Shown piece after piece: positions 1 through 15,362 of a stretch of 64,000 bases of DNA. This DNA comes from Cystobasidiomycetes sp. EMM_F5. Taxonomy: Eukaryota. The translations under genes were made by a program, and so were the position numbers. The stretch is from contig JBPGPT010000012.1 of the NCBI GenBank assembly GCA_051047955.1, forward strand, positions 434,001 through 498,000, written 5' to 3'. Within the stretch, counting starts at the first letter, position 1. Each line of letters opens with the position of its first letter. The notes beneath the pieces are model-generated. The model ran no database searches and was not told where the DNA came from. It worked only from the letters and a program-made list of their open reading frames with translations.

Positions 1-2240
1 AAGGCGGAACGGGAACAGCTAGGCGACCGGAGTCGTTCGCGTGCTTCAGAAAGGCAGCACAGCGAATGCGTTGATGGCTCTCGCATGCACAGCGCCATGT
101 CCGCTCGGTCGAAGGTACGCCGAGGGCCGTCAATAGCTTGTCTGCTGAAATAGGTATGTATGGCTGTAGTAGAATCGTAGAACGAATGATACCATCCACG
201 AGTAAAGGCAGGAATGATGCCAGTGCATGGCCATCTGTCATCTTCCATGGCTCTTTTGCCGCCAGCAATTGGTTCATCTATACCAGTGTCAGCTTGCTCA
301 AGAGGTAACAGTTGGCGACCTCAACAAGTCGCTACTCACATCACCAAAGAACTCCAATACCAGCTCTAATGCTCCAGATATATCGAATCTAGCCATAGCT
401 TTATCGAAGTCATCTGTCAAGCATCCAAATGAATTTTGACGACGAGAATGCAGACTACGTGAAGCTACCTGTAAGCCGTTCCAGCTTGTGATCGAGTTCA
501 GAGAGCGAGGTATCCAGCCCGATATCGCCCTCGTAAGCCAAAGCAGTCTCAAATTTGCGCAAGATTGCTTTTGACCTCAGTCGCGTGACGAGATTGCCGC
601 ACTGGCCTGCCAGATACTTTCGATAATCTCGCTTGACTCCCTCAGGGGTATAGTCTGGCGGATGATAATCAGTATGAAATTGAATTTGGCTACACCAACA
701 CTTACCAGAATCAGAATCAAGTCGGCCTCGCAATGTCAGGTACAGCCTGATGCCATCGCTAGAGAAGGTTTTCAACGCTTCAAAGGGGTTGACTACGTTT
801 CCTAGCGATTTCGACATCTTGACGTTGTTCATCGTCCAGTGAGAGTGAGCCAGTATGGTGCCAGGTAGTGGCAAGTCGAGGGCCATCAGCATAGCTGGCC
901 AGTATATGGAGTGAAAGCTACGCAAAAGGTATGTGAGCGTGTCGTAATGGACGGAAGGCAGCCGCGCGTACCGCAGGATATCTTTGCCAACGAGGTGGAC
1001 GTCGGCTGGCCAGATCGACAACTGCTGCGGTTTAGGATAACCTGTTGCCGACAGATAGTTTGCTAAGGCATCAAACCAGACGTATATTGTATGATTAGGG
1101 TCGTCTGGTACTGGGATACCCCATTGCAGTCGGGCTTGTGGTCTCGAGATGGACAAATCGCCTAGAGGGCCAGCCTCCAAGCTCGACATGATTTCATTGT
1201 AGCGAACTTCTGGGACGATACCTAGCGAGTCACAGCCGTCAGCAAACATCGAGAGGTAATCGACAGTGACTCACATGTGGGACTATTTTTCAAGCGATCT
1301 TTCAGCTGTTGTTGGAAAGAGGACAGCTTAAACATGTAGTTCTCCTCCTCCATCCATTCCACAGGGTGGCCTGAATCGACAGAGCACTACATAGAACACA
1401 CTTCAGCATCACGGCGATCTTGTAAGATAAGTCTGTTCGAACACCTTTCTGACCATGCCGTTTGCATCTGGTCTATCTTCGACCTGTTTCTCTGTCAAGT
1501 ACGTCTCGTCGGATACAGAATACCAGCCGGCGTAAGTCGCCTTGTAAATCAGGTCTTTCTTAACCAGTTCTCGCTATTGATTTCGTTCACAATCAGATTC
1601 GCAGGCTGCCTATCAGTGTGCAAAACTCTCACCCATATGCGCTGTACTGCCAGTTTATGGCCGGCAGCAGTCGTGCGAAAGAAGATATCGTAGTCTACAC
1701 CAGCAGCGTTCGCCAATTCCTGTGAGGCGAACTTCGGGCGTCAAGCTTGCATAGTACAGCGTGATACGACAGCTACATACAGAGAATCTCGTGCTGACTG
1801 TATCGCAAAGCTGTATCGGCGACATGTTTCTCGCTTCTGCTGCTCGCTGTATTTTCATGCCATGCTCATCCGTACCCGTGAGCATGACGGGCGCGCCTCT
1901 TGCATCCCCATCCCTCAGTGCATGGAAACGCTTCAGCACATCAGCTAGGACGAGCGAGTGTAAATGTCCAATGTGGGGATCTGAGTGACGGTGATGGCTG
2001 TTAGATAAATTTCTACGGTATCGTTGCCCACCATATTTTAACAGCGTGAGTATGAGCCCACTTACCTGCGTTGACATAGAAGATGGGCGTGGTAATGTAG
2101 AATGGCTTTGTTGCAGAAACCTGGGAAGAATGTGTTCGAATTGCATGAGGCAGACGCGGGTTGAGCGAGACTAGACGGGCACGACAGAGCGGGGGGAAGA
2201 AAGGCGGAGGAAGCCAAGGCCGCAGATACAGTCGTAACAT
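1..2240 (-). CDS. MSM1: Mitochondrial methionyl-tRNA synthetase (multi-exon; 3' end runs off the window)
   Basis: Arg/Leu-rich N-terminal presequence, then KPFYITTPIFYVN, PHIGH, TGTDEHG, WGIPVP..YVWFDAL, GKDIL and KMSKS class-I aaRS motifs across spliced ORFs. The last frame stays open to base 1. Confidence 0.93.
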
Positions 2241-2815
2241 AGTGTGGCAGGATTCCTACAGACCGTTACGTTAAAAGCTGGCCAGCTTCTGTCATCGTCG
2301 CGCGTATAGCATGATCGAGTTTCGTGTCTCGACGAAATTCAGCAGCGTCCTGGCTTGTCTCATTGCGTTTCCATCAACATGTTTTTAACGCCTTGCGACT
2401 GCTGCCATCCGCTGTTGTCGCCGCAATACTTCGCCTAACTGGATCTATCAAAATTTTTGCAAAATACGTCTACTCTTTGAGAACTCGCAGAGCTCTCAAG
2501 TCTATCCAAATCGCGCACATGTCGAAAAGCTACTCATAGGACGGTCGAACATTCAAAGCAACTCGACACGTCCCAACAAGCATTTCGAAGACTACAGTAC
2601 ATCTGTGTCTCGACATTTGGTTTCGTTTCTTTCGTACGATACTCGACCAGAGTACAAGACGGGACACTGTGCAGAGCAGTGTCGTGGATTTCGAAATCAC
2701 TCTATCGGGTCTACATCGTTGCAGCAAGCTGGCGTTCCACAGAACCTGCCGTTGTACCAGATCGCTGCGCACGCGCCGATTACCGAAACCTCGTAGTGAA
2801 ACCTTGTAGTCGTAG

Positions 2816-5800
2816 CTAGTCAAAGCTGAAGTCAACCTTTCCATCATTGATGGCGCTCTTCTGCTGAACAGCCTCGTTAGGCTTGTGTCCGTCGCTTTGC
2901 CTCCGATAGGCTTCTGCGAGATCCTCTGGCGTGGCTGCAGACGAGATGTGTCAGACGCTTCCGCTTTGCCTTGCAAGCGGGACACCACTTGCTCGCTTGC
3001 TCCACTGATTTATCACTGCGAACTTTGATGAAACGAGGGAAGCGGAGACTCAGACCCCGTTCAGTAGAAACGAGGCCGAGCGCTGCAGTATATACGGGAG
3101 ACAAGGTCAAGTCCGCCCCGCGAATCTCCCAAACCTGGACAATAGACAATGTGATACAATGCCACAATGCACTTGAAGACGGGCCTACCTCTGACGGCTC
3201 CCACCAGACGTCTGGTCGTAGACCCGAGTCCACATAGGTCTTGAGTGAACTCGAGCATGTCTCGCTGCCCTCTGGGTACCGCACATTGAGGTCCCTGTTG
3301 CTTTGTTACACGCGTGCTGCAACAGCAGGTCCAAACGACGTACTTGTAAAATGCGTCGGTGAAACCAGATATGCACTGCAGATTCCCGATCAGCTGGGCA
3401 ACGTATGCCGCAGGCAAAGCACTTACCTTGCACAGGGCTTGATAGCCACCCGTTTCTGGGCAGTACAGAGCCAACAATATCGGGCTCCACCAGCCAGCTT
3501 TGTGCTATAGCACATCAGATTAGCCTATATTCGGTTAGCCAGAGCACGAAGACTTATTCTTCCTTGGCCATGCCATGCACCAACGGGAACCACATCGAGA
3601 CTATCGCCAAGATCGCCATAGTCGCGCTTGACTTTGAGCTGAGCGAATGATCGAGGTATTAGCCGTGTCTAACGCTTCTTAGCACAATCAAGGAAGGCAC
3701 CCACCCAACTCTCGACCCTTTTATCTGCAGGCAGTAATGGAGTCAGATGTCACACATGCATGATCTATCAAGAGCCACCGACCAGGTTCGTACGTCGCAA
3801 GAAGCGCCTTCCTTCGAGTTTTCTTCTTCGGCTTGTCATCTGCATCCTCTTCGTCTTTCACGTCAGCAGCAGCGTCCTCTTCTTCGTCCTCCGCTTCGTC
3901 TTGCAACACTTCTTCGTCCGTTTCCTCGGACTTCACTTCGCCTCCGGTAGGCTGCATAATCGAGTCGAGCAACTTGAGCATAAGACCTTCGCATTTTTGC
4001 GAAATGGCTTCCAACATAAACTGCCGTATCGGCTCAAGGTTATTAGGATAGCCTTCCATACATTTGACGTGGTCCCATCGGGCGATTGTAGGCTCGGAGG
4101 ATTCGCGTGGTGGAAAACTTGTCTTGAGCAACGCTCGCCTATCGCGAAAACTGCTGTTGATCAATGTCTACTGTATCATCAGCTTTCTTCCCACGTTCGC
4201 GTTGGGAACACAGCCTACCTTTCCGTTCAAGTACATCAAGTCAAAAGCGTATATGCCGACTTTGACCTTAACTTCGTGTATACTGACGTCTTTCCTCGCT
4301 CGATTGGCCAGGGTCTGGAAGGTAAGCAGGGTTGGTGGTGACGTTGTAGGGTCTATCGCTACAATTTCTGCATCAATGATGAATGATTGTACACCTTGTT
4401 CTGTCCCGTCCGCATCGATGGTGATTGGTGAAAGCAATTGCGGCATCAGCGCCAGTATGTCGGGATATTTGGCAGTCATGTCCTGTATCATTGTCAGTAA
4501 TAGGCGTAACAGCAACCGCTGAAAGAGACACACCTCGAGATGCCGACTAAATAATCGGACGTATACATCGCCGTCGACCCACTGCCCTCCGCCTTTCTTT
4601 GACGAAATCTGGGTCTCGCCCATAGGCATTTCTCCCCTTTTCCGCCTCTCACAGTCTGTTTCGATCGGTTAGCAAGTTCATCTGTCCCTAATTCCGAAAC
4701 GCGGCTTACGTATTTGTACCCTCTGTCCATCATACTTCCACTCTGCCGCAAACTCGCTACCACTTTCCAAACGCGTAGCAACATCGCCTAAATCTCTCGT
4801 GATCTGGCCAAGCATTGGCGAAAGCGGTGTTCCTACACTCAGAGGGATAGCTTCAGACAGCCCTCTCAGCCCTACGCGAAGCAAGGCGGGAACAATGGAA
4901 TCGTAGTTTGGGTGCCGGACATAGACTTCTCGGACTAGGCTCTCCGCAGCAGCCAGACGTTGTGTTAGTACTAGGCGGCGTGGATCATCTTTGCCTTCCT
5001 TGACGGTCTTTGCTACTGCTTTCACACCACTCCGTTCTTCTGGCGATATATAGAAGGCATTCTCCTTCCCGTCGTCGACGGCTTGAATCAGGCAAAATGC
5101 GCGAGCCAGGCTTGCAGTGACTGTCAAGCGGACAGCTCTGGAGGATAAAAGTCAGCGATCGAGCTCTCGGTGCGTGTATTCTAGGTATCTTACCCTATCC
5201 GAAGGTGGCTCACGAGCGTCCGGCCAAGATATCGGACTTCTTCTCCTTTGGCTGCAACCAGCATTCGCTGAACGATATCAGCTTTCTTGTTGACTGTGCC
5301 CGTCCCTTTCAAGGTGGTCAAAGTGACCAGGTTGTTGTATACCGTGAATATAGTCAATGGCTGCGCACGAAATAACGTGCGAACGCTAACAAACGCGTTC
5401 AGATGACGCATCAGGCAATGGAGAAAGGCGACTTACTTTGCTTTCGCCTCAAAGGCCACGTCTCCAACATCGCCGTGCTTGTTCCATAGCTGCTTCAATT
5501 CTTTGCCAGTGACGCTGCTGACAGCTTTGAGCGCTTTGCCCAGCACTTGGCTACCGATACCCAGCTCGACACCTTCGTATGCCGGGGCAACGTGATTTGT
5601 AATCTGTACGCTCGACCTCAGTCCTGGCGCCGGTTGGCGATATTCTAAACTTACTAGATATACCGTTTCGCGAAGTACTTCCGGTTGATAATGGACGACT
5701 GTCCGCAATGTGTTGGTGAGAACAGTCGTGATGATCAGTCTCGCTCGAGTAGCAGAGATCAGGACAAATGCAGCAGTAAGAAAGCTGTAAGGAATGACCA

Positions 5801-6350
5801 GTTTCCCGGCCGTATTTCGAGGCCAGCTTGAAGTGTCTACATCTACGTCTGGTTCGAATACAAAGATGTCTTTGTCTAGGGGGTAGATGATAGGAGAGTC
5901 CGAAGCATTTTCAGGCAGAACCAGCTTTGTTGGGGAATCTATTGCCTTTCCTTTGCCTTTCAGAGATCCGTTCCCATTCGCCTGTATTGCTGGCTTGACG
6001 TCGTTGTTTTCGTCTTTAACGCGCTTTTGCTGAAATAGGGAGTGGAAGGAAGTACTGGGCTTTACGTCTTTCTTATCCTCGTCCGAACTGTCAACCTCGT
6101 CCAGGTCGATGACAGCATTATCATTCTGTGGCGGCTTTGCACCGGAAGTCGATGCTACGGGTTCTGTGCCAGTAGCGGTAATCTCATCTGCATCAGAGTC
6201 TGAAAGCAAGTCGACTACTTGTTTGCTGGAACGGGCAGCTTTGCTAGGTGTTGTGAAGAACGTCCCGATAGTAGACTGCTCGACATCAGCTTTCGGTCGC
6301 TTCTTGGGCGGACCTTTCGGCGATGATGGGGCTTGCTTCCTGGGCGGCAT
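2816..6350 (-). CDS. ATP-dependent DNA ligase, ligase I-like paralog (fungal Adl1/Lig3 type), multi-exon
   Basis: DNA-binding domain (ELGIGSQVL, GDVGDVAF, LRIG), SPMLG, EWKYDGQR adenylation motif, IDAEIVA, FDLMYLNG, CEGLMLK, VWEIRGAD, SLRFPRFI. Last exon ATTPEDLAEAY...FSFD* stops at 2816-2818. The KYDGQR variant suggests the second LigI-like paralog rather than Cdc9. Confidence 0.88.
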
Positions 6351-6860
6351 TGCATAACATCAGAACTGCTTTGCAGACATATATCGCATGGCTCATTGCA
6401 CAAACGCAGTACAACTCATAAACAGCCAGGTCGTGATCACGGCAGGATCACGTGCAAATCGTTCAAATGCATTGAAGCGCGTCTGTTGCAGCACACTGCT
6501 CATCCGCAACAGGTCCTGTGCGGGCAAGTTTTGGTATGGCAAAAGGCGATGCTGGCACAGTAAAAAGGCTGCAAGACTCTTTGCTTCTTTTTGCGAGATC
6601 AGTGCAAATCAACTTCCAGTCCACAGAGCAAACATGAACGCATAGTCCGGAGCCCGTGATCAGACAGATGCACGTCATGGCCATGCCACATCGCACGCGC
6701 TTGCTTGCTGGCTAGATTAGCGAAAAGAGAGGTCGCTCCGGGAAAAACTCCGCATAAAATCGAAGTCATAGAGCCGAATGGAGTTATTGCATTGCAGATT
6801 TCGCTATACAGCAAGCACGACAACACGATGTGAAGATGAGAGTGGTGAGAGGGTGCGCAT

Positions 6861-7326
6861 TTAATCGAAGAGACCGAAGCCCATGTCGTCGTCGCTCTGG
6901 ATTTGGAAAGCAGAACAAAGTCAGCAAATCGTTCAACAGCAACGGACAGAGGAAGCTGCCCGCCTCTTCCTTCTCTTCCTCCTTCTTTTCCTCAGGTTTG
7001 GCCTCTTCCGCGGCAGCGCCTGCGGCAGCCGCTGGAGCAGCACTTCCAGCTGCGGGTGCGGCACCTCCACCGCCAACGTTCGAGAGCAGGTCCTTTACGT
7101 CCTTGCCAGCGAGAGCCTGTGTATGACAGGTAGATACGTAAGCTTTCTGAGGTAGCAATTACTTTCATTGCCTTCAGCCGACCTTGGCGAGCAGGGAAGC
7201 CCAGACGGGTTCGACTTCGACCTTGGCAGCGGAAGTGATGGCGAGGATCTTCTCCGACGTAATTTCAACACCGTCATCGGCCAGGATGAGTGCGGCGTAG
7301 GTGGATGCTAGCTCTGCGGATGCCAT
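6861..7326 (-). CDS. RPP1: 60S acidic ribosomal protein P1 (3 exons)
   Basis: [27 protein letters not shown]...[15 protein letters not shown], Ala-rich hinge, [17 protein letters not shown]. Introns 7117-7182 and 6897-6963. Confidence 0.96.
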
Positions 7327-7650
7327 TTTTTGATATATAGGAGGGGTGGGTAGGTTTGATCGGGTAGCTTCAGCAACAATTTCTGCAGGAATTCACTTCA
7401 GAGTCAGCGGTTGTCCAGCATTCATAATGACAGACGCACAAGCCGGCAGGCAGTCAGAGAAGTCTATCCCAGGTGTGGTTGTGAGCGAGTGTCGTGCCTC
7501 GAAATGGCCCGGCTCAGACAATTTTCGGTTTCTTCCGAAAGCAATCGAAAATTTCGCGAATACAAAGACCCCGCGAGAGTCGGGTAACTGAGAGCTTGCG
7601 CTGACTGTACTAGGCATGTATGCTTGTATTTGGATTACGACACGGATCTA

Positions 7651-9858
7651 CTACAATGCGAATCCTCTCACTGACTGCAGTCCCGGAGACGGCGCCGGAC
7701 CTGATTGCGTAAACCTCGAAGTTGCTGACGATTTCGTCTGTCTTTGCAATCTCCACGGCTGCGGCGAACTGCTTCCATCGCTGCCCGGCCCTAGATCTAG
7801 CTGACCCATGACACTGTCGAGTCTCCGCATTACGCTCGTCAAGCTGGATTTTGAGTCTCTTGACTGCAAGTCTGAAGATTTTGTAGTGTAAGCGAGAGAG
7901 GCTCGTCCTCTCCCTTCCTCATCCTCATCTCGCATATTCACCTCCTCTACTGCTTCCAATTGAGAGGGGCGTCGACTCGGTGGCCGAGTGTCAGCACTGC
8001 GTTCGCTCACGTCGCTGATGGCAACAGACGGCACTCTGCTCCACGTCGTACCGTCCTGCTGCTCGGCTTCCGACTCGCTCCAGCGGCTTACTTTGGCTGT
8101 ATGACTCTTCACTCTTGTTTTACGTGGATCGCCCGCACCCGGGACCATGAGGCTGTTCTGTTTCATTGGCGGAGAAGTGTGGGTCGACTGCTTGCTGTTT
8201 TGTGATTGTGGTGATACCTCGCTCGGAAGTACGCTCGACATTGATCCAATAGATCCGGGCACGCTGTGCTGTCGCAACGGTGCTTCTCGCAATGTTCCTG
8301 CGACAGCATGTTCAGCGTTGATAGAGCCAGTAACGACAGTTTCGTTCGATGACGAGCGAAGAGATGCAGCTCGCGAGAGTGCTGTCTCGGTCATTCTAGA
8401 TGCGTTAGACTTCGTTCGCTCAGGCTGTCGAGGTAGCTGCAGACCAGCCTGCGAAGCAGATCTACCACGGCCAGCAATCTACATCAGCTAAGCCTGCTCC
8501 TAGTGCATCAAATCTGCTTACGAAATTGGCTGGGAGTTCTTCAGCCCAACTTTTCTTGGCGGAGGAGGCGCATTCAAGGACGTCACAGAGGTGTTCATGT
8601 TCAGAGTGCCCTTGTCCGAATCGGTCTGCATTGTCGAGTTCGACGAGGCGCGATTCCGCTTTGGGGAGAAGACATCGCCAAATGTGAATTTTGGGAAGCG
8701 GGCAGTTTTAGGGGTAGCGACTTGGCCGAATACTGCGGTTTTTGGAGTCTTTACGTTAAAGGTAGGTGTCTTTGGCGTCTTGGGTGGAAACATTGGCGTT
8801 TTCGGAAAGGCGGTCATTGTGAGGCGATCCATGACGCGTTTGAATGTCATCTTACGAGGACTCCTGTCTCTCTTTTCGGATTTGCGCTTTCGTGCAATCT
8901 CCACTGTATCGAATGCATTATCACTAAACTCCTTCCTGCGCCGCTCTTTTCGTTTCCGCAGGCATAGACTCCAGAGGTAGAATGAAAATATGATGGCCAC
9001 GATACCAGCTGCGGCAGAGCAGGCGATGACTGCTGCTTTGACGGGCGTAGAAAGACTTCCTTGACTTGACGTCGCTTTAGGGGTCGATGAGCTTGATCCA
9101 CGCGAGTTGCTGTCACTCGCAGCAGAAGAGTCTTTAGAGGCTGTCGAAGCCGGGGCTGATGTACTTCCAAATGGTTTGAGGGTAGTTCTATCACCTCCAC
9201 TACTACCTGCTGCTCTTCTCGCTGAAGCTTCGATGAAGGTGCCCGCTGACGAATTGGAGTAGGCCCATGCTGGAATAGCGACGCTGAAGCTGTTAGGCGT
9301 GACAGAGTTTGGAAACCCGATAGCGACCTGCGCTTTACATGGTCCCGGTTGGATGCCCGTTTCGGAATAGCATGTCGTGCATGGGGATGCATACGCCTGC
9401 CAACTAAGTATGCTGCTGCTGTCTCCACCTTGGCATGCCTGGCATGCAGAGAGGAGGTTGTACATGACTACGTTGCATGAACAGATGTTGGCTCGTATGC
9501 CGGTTGTAGATGTACTAGCACTACTCCCGATCAGAGAGTAGACACCGCCGGCGGGTAGCATGAATGCGTTGGAGCACAACGAGAGCAGTTGAGCAGCAAC
9601 CAGACATGGTGACGCTCCAGCTTCATTGTTGGCCCACGACCATGACGTCGGACATACGGCCTGACTCTTTTGTGCGGAGACTAAAGAGCTCGCTAGCCAT
9701 ATCGACCAGAGGAACGGCAGGAGGGACACTGGATTTCGATGACGTCGAATGCGGAGGGGCTTATCAGGGCGCCGTATCTTGTCGTATATGTATCGTATAT
9801 CGAGTCCTTTCGGATCTAATGCACGCCTGTCATAATTTGACAAGACGAAAGGCAGCAT
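7651..9858 (-). CDS. Single-pass membrane protein: Cys-rich ectodomain, Ser/Thr stalk, TM helix, long Ser-rich cytoplasmic tail
   Basis: Signal-like VSLLPFLWSIWLASSLVSAQ; Cys pattern CPTSWSWANN..SPCLVA..LC..CSCN..YNLLSACQACQ; TM AAVIACSAAAGIVAIIFSFYLW followed by RKRKERRRK. An intron at ~8462-8522 joins ORFs 8518-9858 and 7651-8394 in frame. Confidence 0.75.
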
Positions 9859-10276
9859 TGAGCATCTGAGAGTCGGGGCTTTCTAAAAAGGTCCAATTCG
9901 GTTGATTTGATCGTTTCAGTCGGTGGATGTTTTGGCGGCTTGGCAGTTCGCGTCAGCTTGCGTTATCGACTTTAACAGCTTAGCTTGCCAGATGGGCCCT
10001 TTGAACCAGCAACGGCGACGACCCGGATACCTGCCGGACACAGACTCTGCACTGCCTAGGGATCGCAGTAGCGTGAAAGTGTGTGTTATGTGTTGTTAGG
10101 CAGGCCAGCGCGGAACGTGGTCAATCGAAGTGTTAGCTGCTTGTAGTGCATTAGAATTCTCGATTGAGGATAACCATCGCAGAACCGAGACACTCTTTAC
10201 GATGATTGAGTCCTACAGGATACTCACAGGAATGATATGCTACATAGTTACTCTGTACTCCCAGTACGTCAGCCCT

Positions 10277-11302
10277 TCACGACATCGACTGCCTCTTCCG
10301 ATGAGTATGTCTAGTTGAGCTCGGTGAGACGGGCACCGGGATAGCAGAATGAAGAATTCTCTCTGGCGTCTTTCGCAAGTCCGCCTTACTGTCTTTTGAG
10401 GTGATCAACGCTTCGTGGGCTGAGGGCCGCTGCCGTGACACCCGTGGGCCTATTCTTGAATGCCGCAATGGATGCGTAAAATCGCTTCCCACTTCGATAC
10501 TAGTCGTTCCCTCTTCCTCTGGATGTCCTTGTGCATGCCGGTGGTGTTCGACAGGCAAGAGAGCTGCATTCGCTTGTGCGATGAGACCTTGCACCCTTTC
10601 TGTGATGGCTGCCACTACGTCGACTCGGTCACAGTAGTCGAGGTCTTCATCACACTGAGACCCAAACTTTGCAAATTTTCCAGAGTGCGCTCTTGACAGT
10701 ACTGCGGCCGTCTGCGTCTTGTATAATTTATCTGTTTGTATGCCAATCTGACGTTCCTTCCCTCTTATTGCCTCGATGTACGGCGGAGGAGCATCAGCGG
10801 GTACGGCGGGCGTAGATGAGGATGGTCGAGTCGTGGTGGCAGATCTGTCATTCGTGGCCCGCGCGATCGCTACCTCTCTGTCGCTATCGTCTTCGTCGTC
10901 TCTGTCTCTGTAGAGCTTATAGGTTGCCAGACTTAGGAGAGTCACAAGCTGCGTACGACGGCAGGAAGAGAGAGATATCGCAATGCGTATGCCCGTCAGT
11001 AGAATCCTGCATTCACCACAGCTGCTCTTCCTCACCATTGCTGCTTGTGCCATCGTGAGTAGCACCTTTGCCGCTACGCCTGTCAGTATGCTTGCGTATG
11101 TATGAGTCCTCGACTGAACTCTGGCGTTATGCCCGTCGAGTGTGCTCCGCTTCCGCTTCTTGTGCTCCCGCATCTCACCCAGCGATGACGAGACTGCAAT
11201 GTCGTCTGCTCCACAGGATGGCTTGGAAGCTGGATATGCTTCGCTTATTGTACTACTCGACGCCTGATCATGGTCGATACGCTGTCTTTTGCGAGTAGTC
11301 AT
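10277..11302 (-). CDS. Hypothetical protein with one hydrophobic segment and a PPPY motif
   Basis: Long ORF; likely ATG at 11302 (MTTRKRQR). Removing an in-frame GTGAGG...CAG intron gives a hydrophobic stretch LLTMAQAAMLVTLLSLATYKLYRDR, then DAPPPY and ITERVQGLIAQANAAL. Confidence 0.6.
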   Translation of the reverse strand: MTTRKRQRIDHDQASSSTISEAYPASKPSCGADDIAVSSSLGEMREHKKRKRSTLDGHNARVQSRTHTYASILTGVAAKVLLTMAQAAMVRKSSCGECRILLTGIRIAISLSSCRRTQLVTLLSLATYKLYRDRDDEDDSDREVAIARATNDRSATTTRPSSSTPAVPADAPPPYIEAIRGKERQIGIQTDKLYKTQTAAVLSRAHSGKFAKFGSQCDEDLDYCDRVDVVAAITERVQGLIAQANAALLPVEHHRHAQGHPEEEGTTSIEVGSDFTHPLRHSRIGPRVSRQRPSAHEALITSKDSKADLRKTPERILHSAIPVPVSPSSTRHTHRKRQSMS

Positions 11303-11627
11303 TGCAGTGTCTGCGGGTAATTCAAAGGAGACATCAGTGACGCTCAGCTCTGGCGATAAGGCACAAATCAAGTAAAAGTCGGACAAACAGCAGAAATGAG
11401 CGCAGTATGCAAGCAATTAATATATACCACAGCGTAGTTATACAAGCCATTCTATGCAAAGCTATTTGGAAACCTGCCCATCCCGGTGGCGACTCATCCG
11501 AGCCTGCGTGAAATTCCTGAACAGCCAACAGAAATATCGACGAGGGAGGACCCTTTCAAATTTCAACCAACACCGTTTTCATTCAAAGAACAGCAACACC
11601 CACACAACTACAACACTACAACAGAAG

Positions 11628-13966
<2,339 letters not shown>

Positions 13967-14055
13967 TCCATTCGAACGTATTTCACTACTGGACTTTGCT
14001 TGTTCCTGCTCAACTTACACCTCTCCAACGGCACCGCGCGCCAGTCCTCCTCTCT

Positions 14056-14083
14056 TCCGCGTCATTTTCTCCGCGTCATTTTC
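14056..14083. repeat. 14-bp tandem duplication in the DED1 3' UTR
   Basis: TCCGCGTCATTTTC occurs twice back to back. Confidence 0.8.
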
Positions 14084-15362
14084 TTTTCCTTCACCGCTAC
14101 GTACCAAAATCTAGACTGCAGTACTTGCATGGCATATAAATACGTAAAAAATACCTCTTCAGCAAATCAAGCTCCGTACATGCACGTATCGCAATCTAGA
14201 TCTCGTTCCACCTCCTTCTTTCGCGGAAATGAGCACGAACATCTCACTCTCTCTCGGTTCAATTCCTGAGTTTTATCTCCTTTGTAACGAGAATGGCTTC
14301 CTCGACAGCCGTGCACGCAAATTTTATCACAGAGTACCGCGGAGAAGGAAGTTTCAGTCACTTGTACCATCAGTTTCTTTCACGACAAGCAAGGCGCAAA
14401 CAAAGAAGTTTTAGAATGGGGCGATTTTACACCGAAATCTCGAGGGGAAAATTTACATCAAGGGCAAAAGCAAGCGACTGGCGTCGTGCACAAATTCGTA
14501 ATAGAGTCACATCAATGACAAGACAAGACGCTATGCTTGCAAGAACTTACTAGATGTAACATCAATAATTTTGAATCTAAGGGAAAGGACAAGGGTCGGA
14601 TTCCGCTACTACTAGGAATTCACGGCACCATACCAGCCTTTTTCGGGTTCAGATAGCCCATACCATCATAGTCTCCTCATTTCATCCACATTCTGCACTT
14701 CTCGCTCCTTTTACTTCTCCTTTACGCGTCTCGGTCCTCGTGTCCTCTGCTAGAGGATGTCTTCTCCGCACAGACTGCAGATGCACCTGAGACAGTGTCT
14801 TGTGTTGTACTATTAAGTTGTTTGATGCTACAATTCCTACTGGCGCGTAATGCACTGACCACTGCACGGTTTGAGATTGACTATCCTGTCGCTTCAGACA
14901 TACTGGGCTCGTGGAGGTCCTTACACGTCTTTGAGTGGCGAAAACCCAGCCTGTTAACCGCTATTCACAGCATCATTGCTCGACAATCAACTGCGCAAAT
15001 GGTTGCACTCTCTACAACTCACAAATGCGCGCATAGTCTAGTATAATTATTACCAACTCCATCGCTCATACACGCCCAAACTGTCGACTTCGGGCGAGAC
15101 CTCAGCTTCCGCAAGGCCTGTCGGGGCGTCGACGAGTGAGGCTACGGCGAGAAGTGACGGCGCAGACCTCAGCATCAGCAGCGATACCGCAAACCTGGTC
15201 ATTTCTGTTCATATCGCTACCCCAAATCCACGTCGCCGGACTCACGCTCAGCTCGTCGGTGATAGTGACGATAGCAGCTCTGCACCAACTTCTGCCCAAT
15301 CTGCCAGCCTAACTCTGCCTGAGACTGGACAACGGCCGATAAAGCGCCGTCGTCGTCGTCAA

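Noticed and set aside
2300..2810. Small gene between MSM1 and the ligase
   Set aside because: The short ORFs show no recognisable protein and no consistent splice signals.
14170..15040. Gene or ncRNA between DED1 and GID7
   Set aside because: Only short unremarkable ORFs; no tRNA cloverleaf or snRNA motif seen. A small gene cannot be fully excluded.
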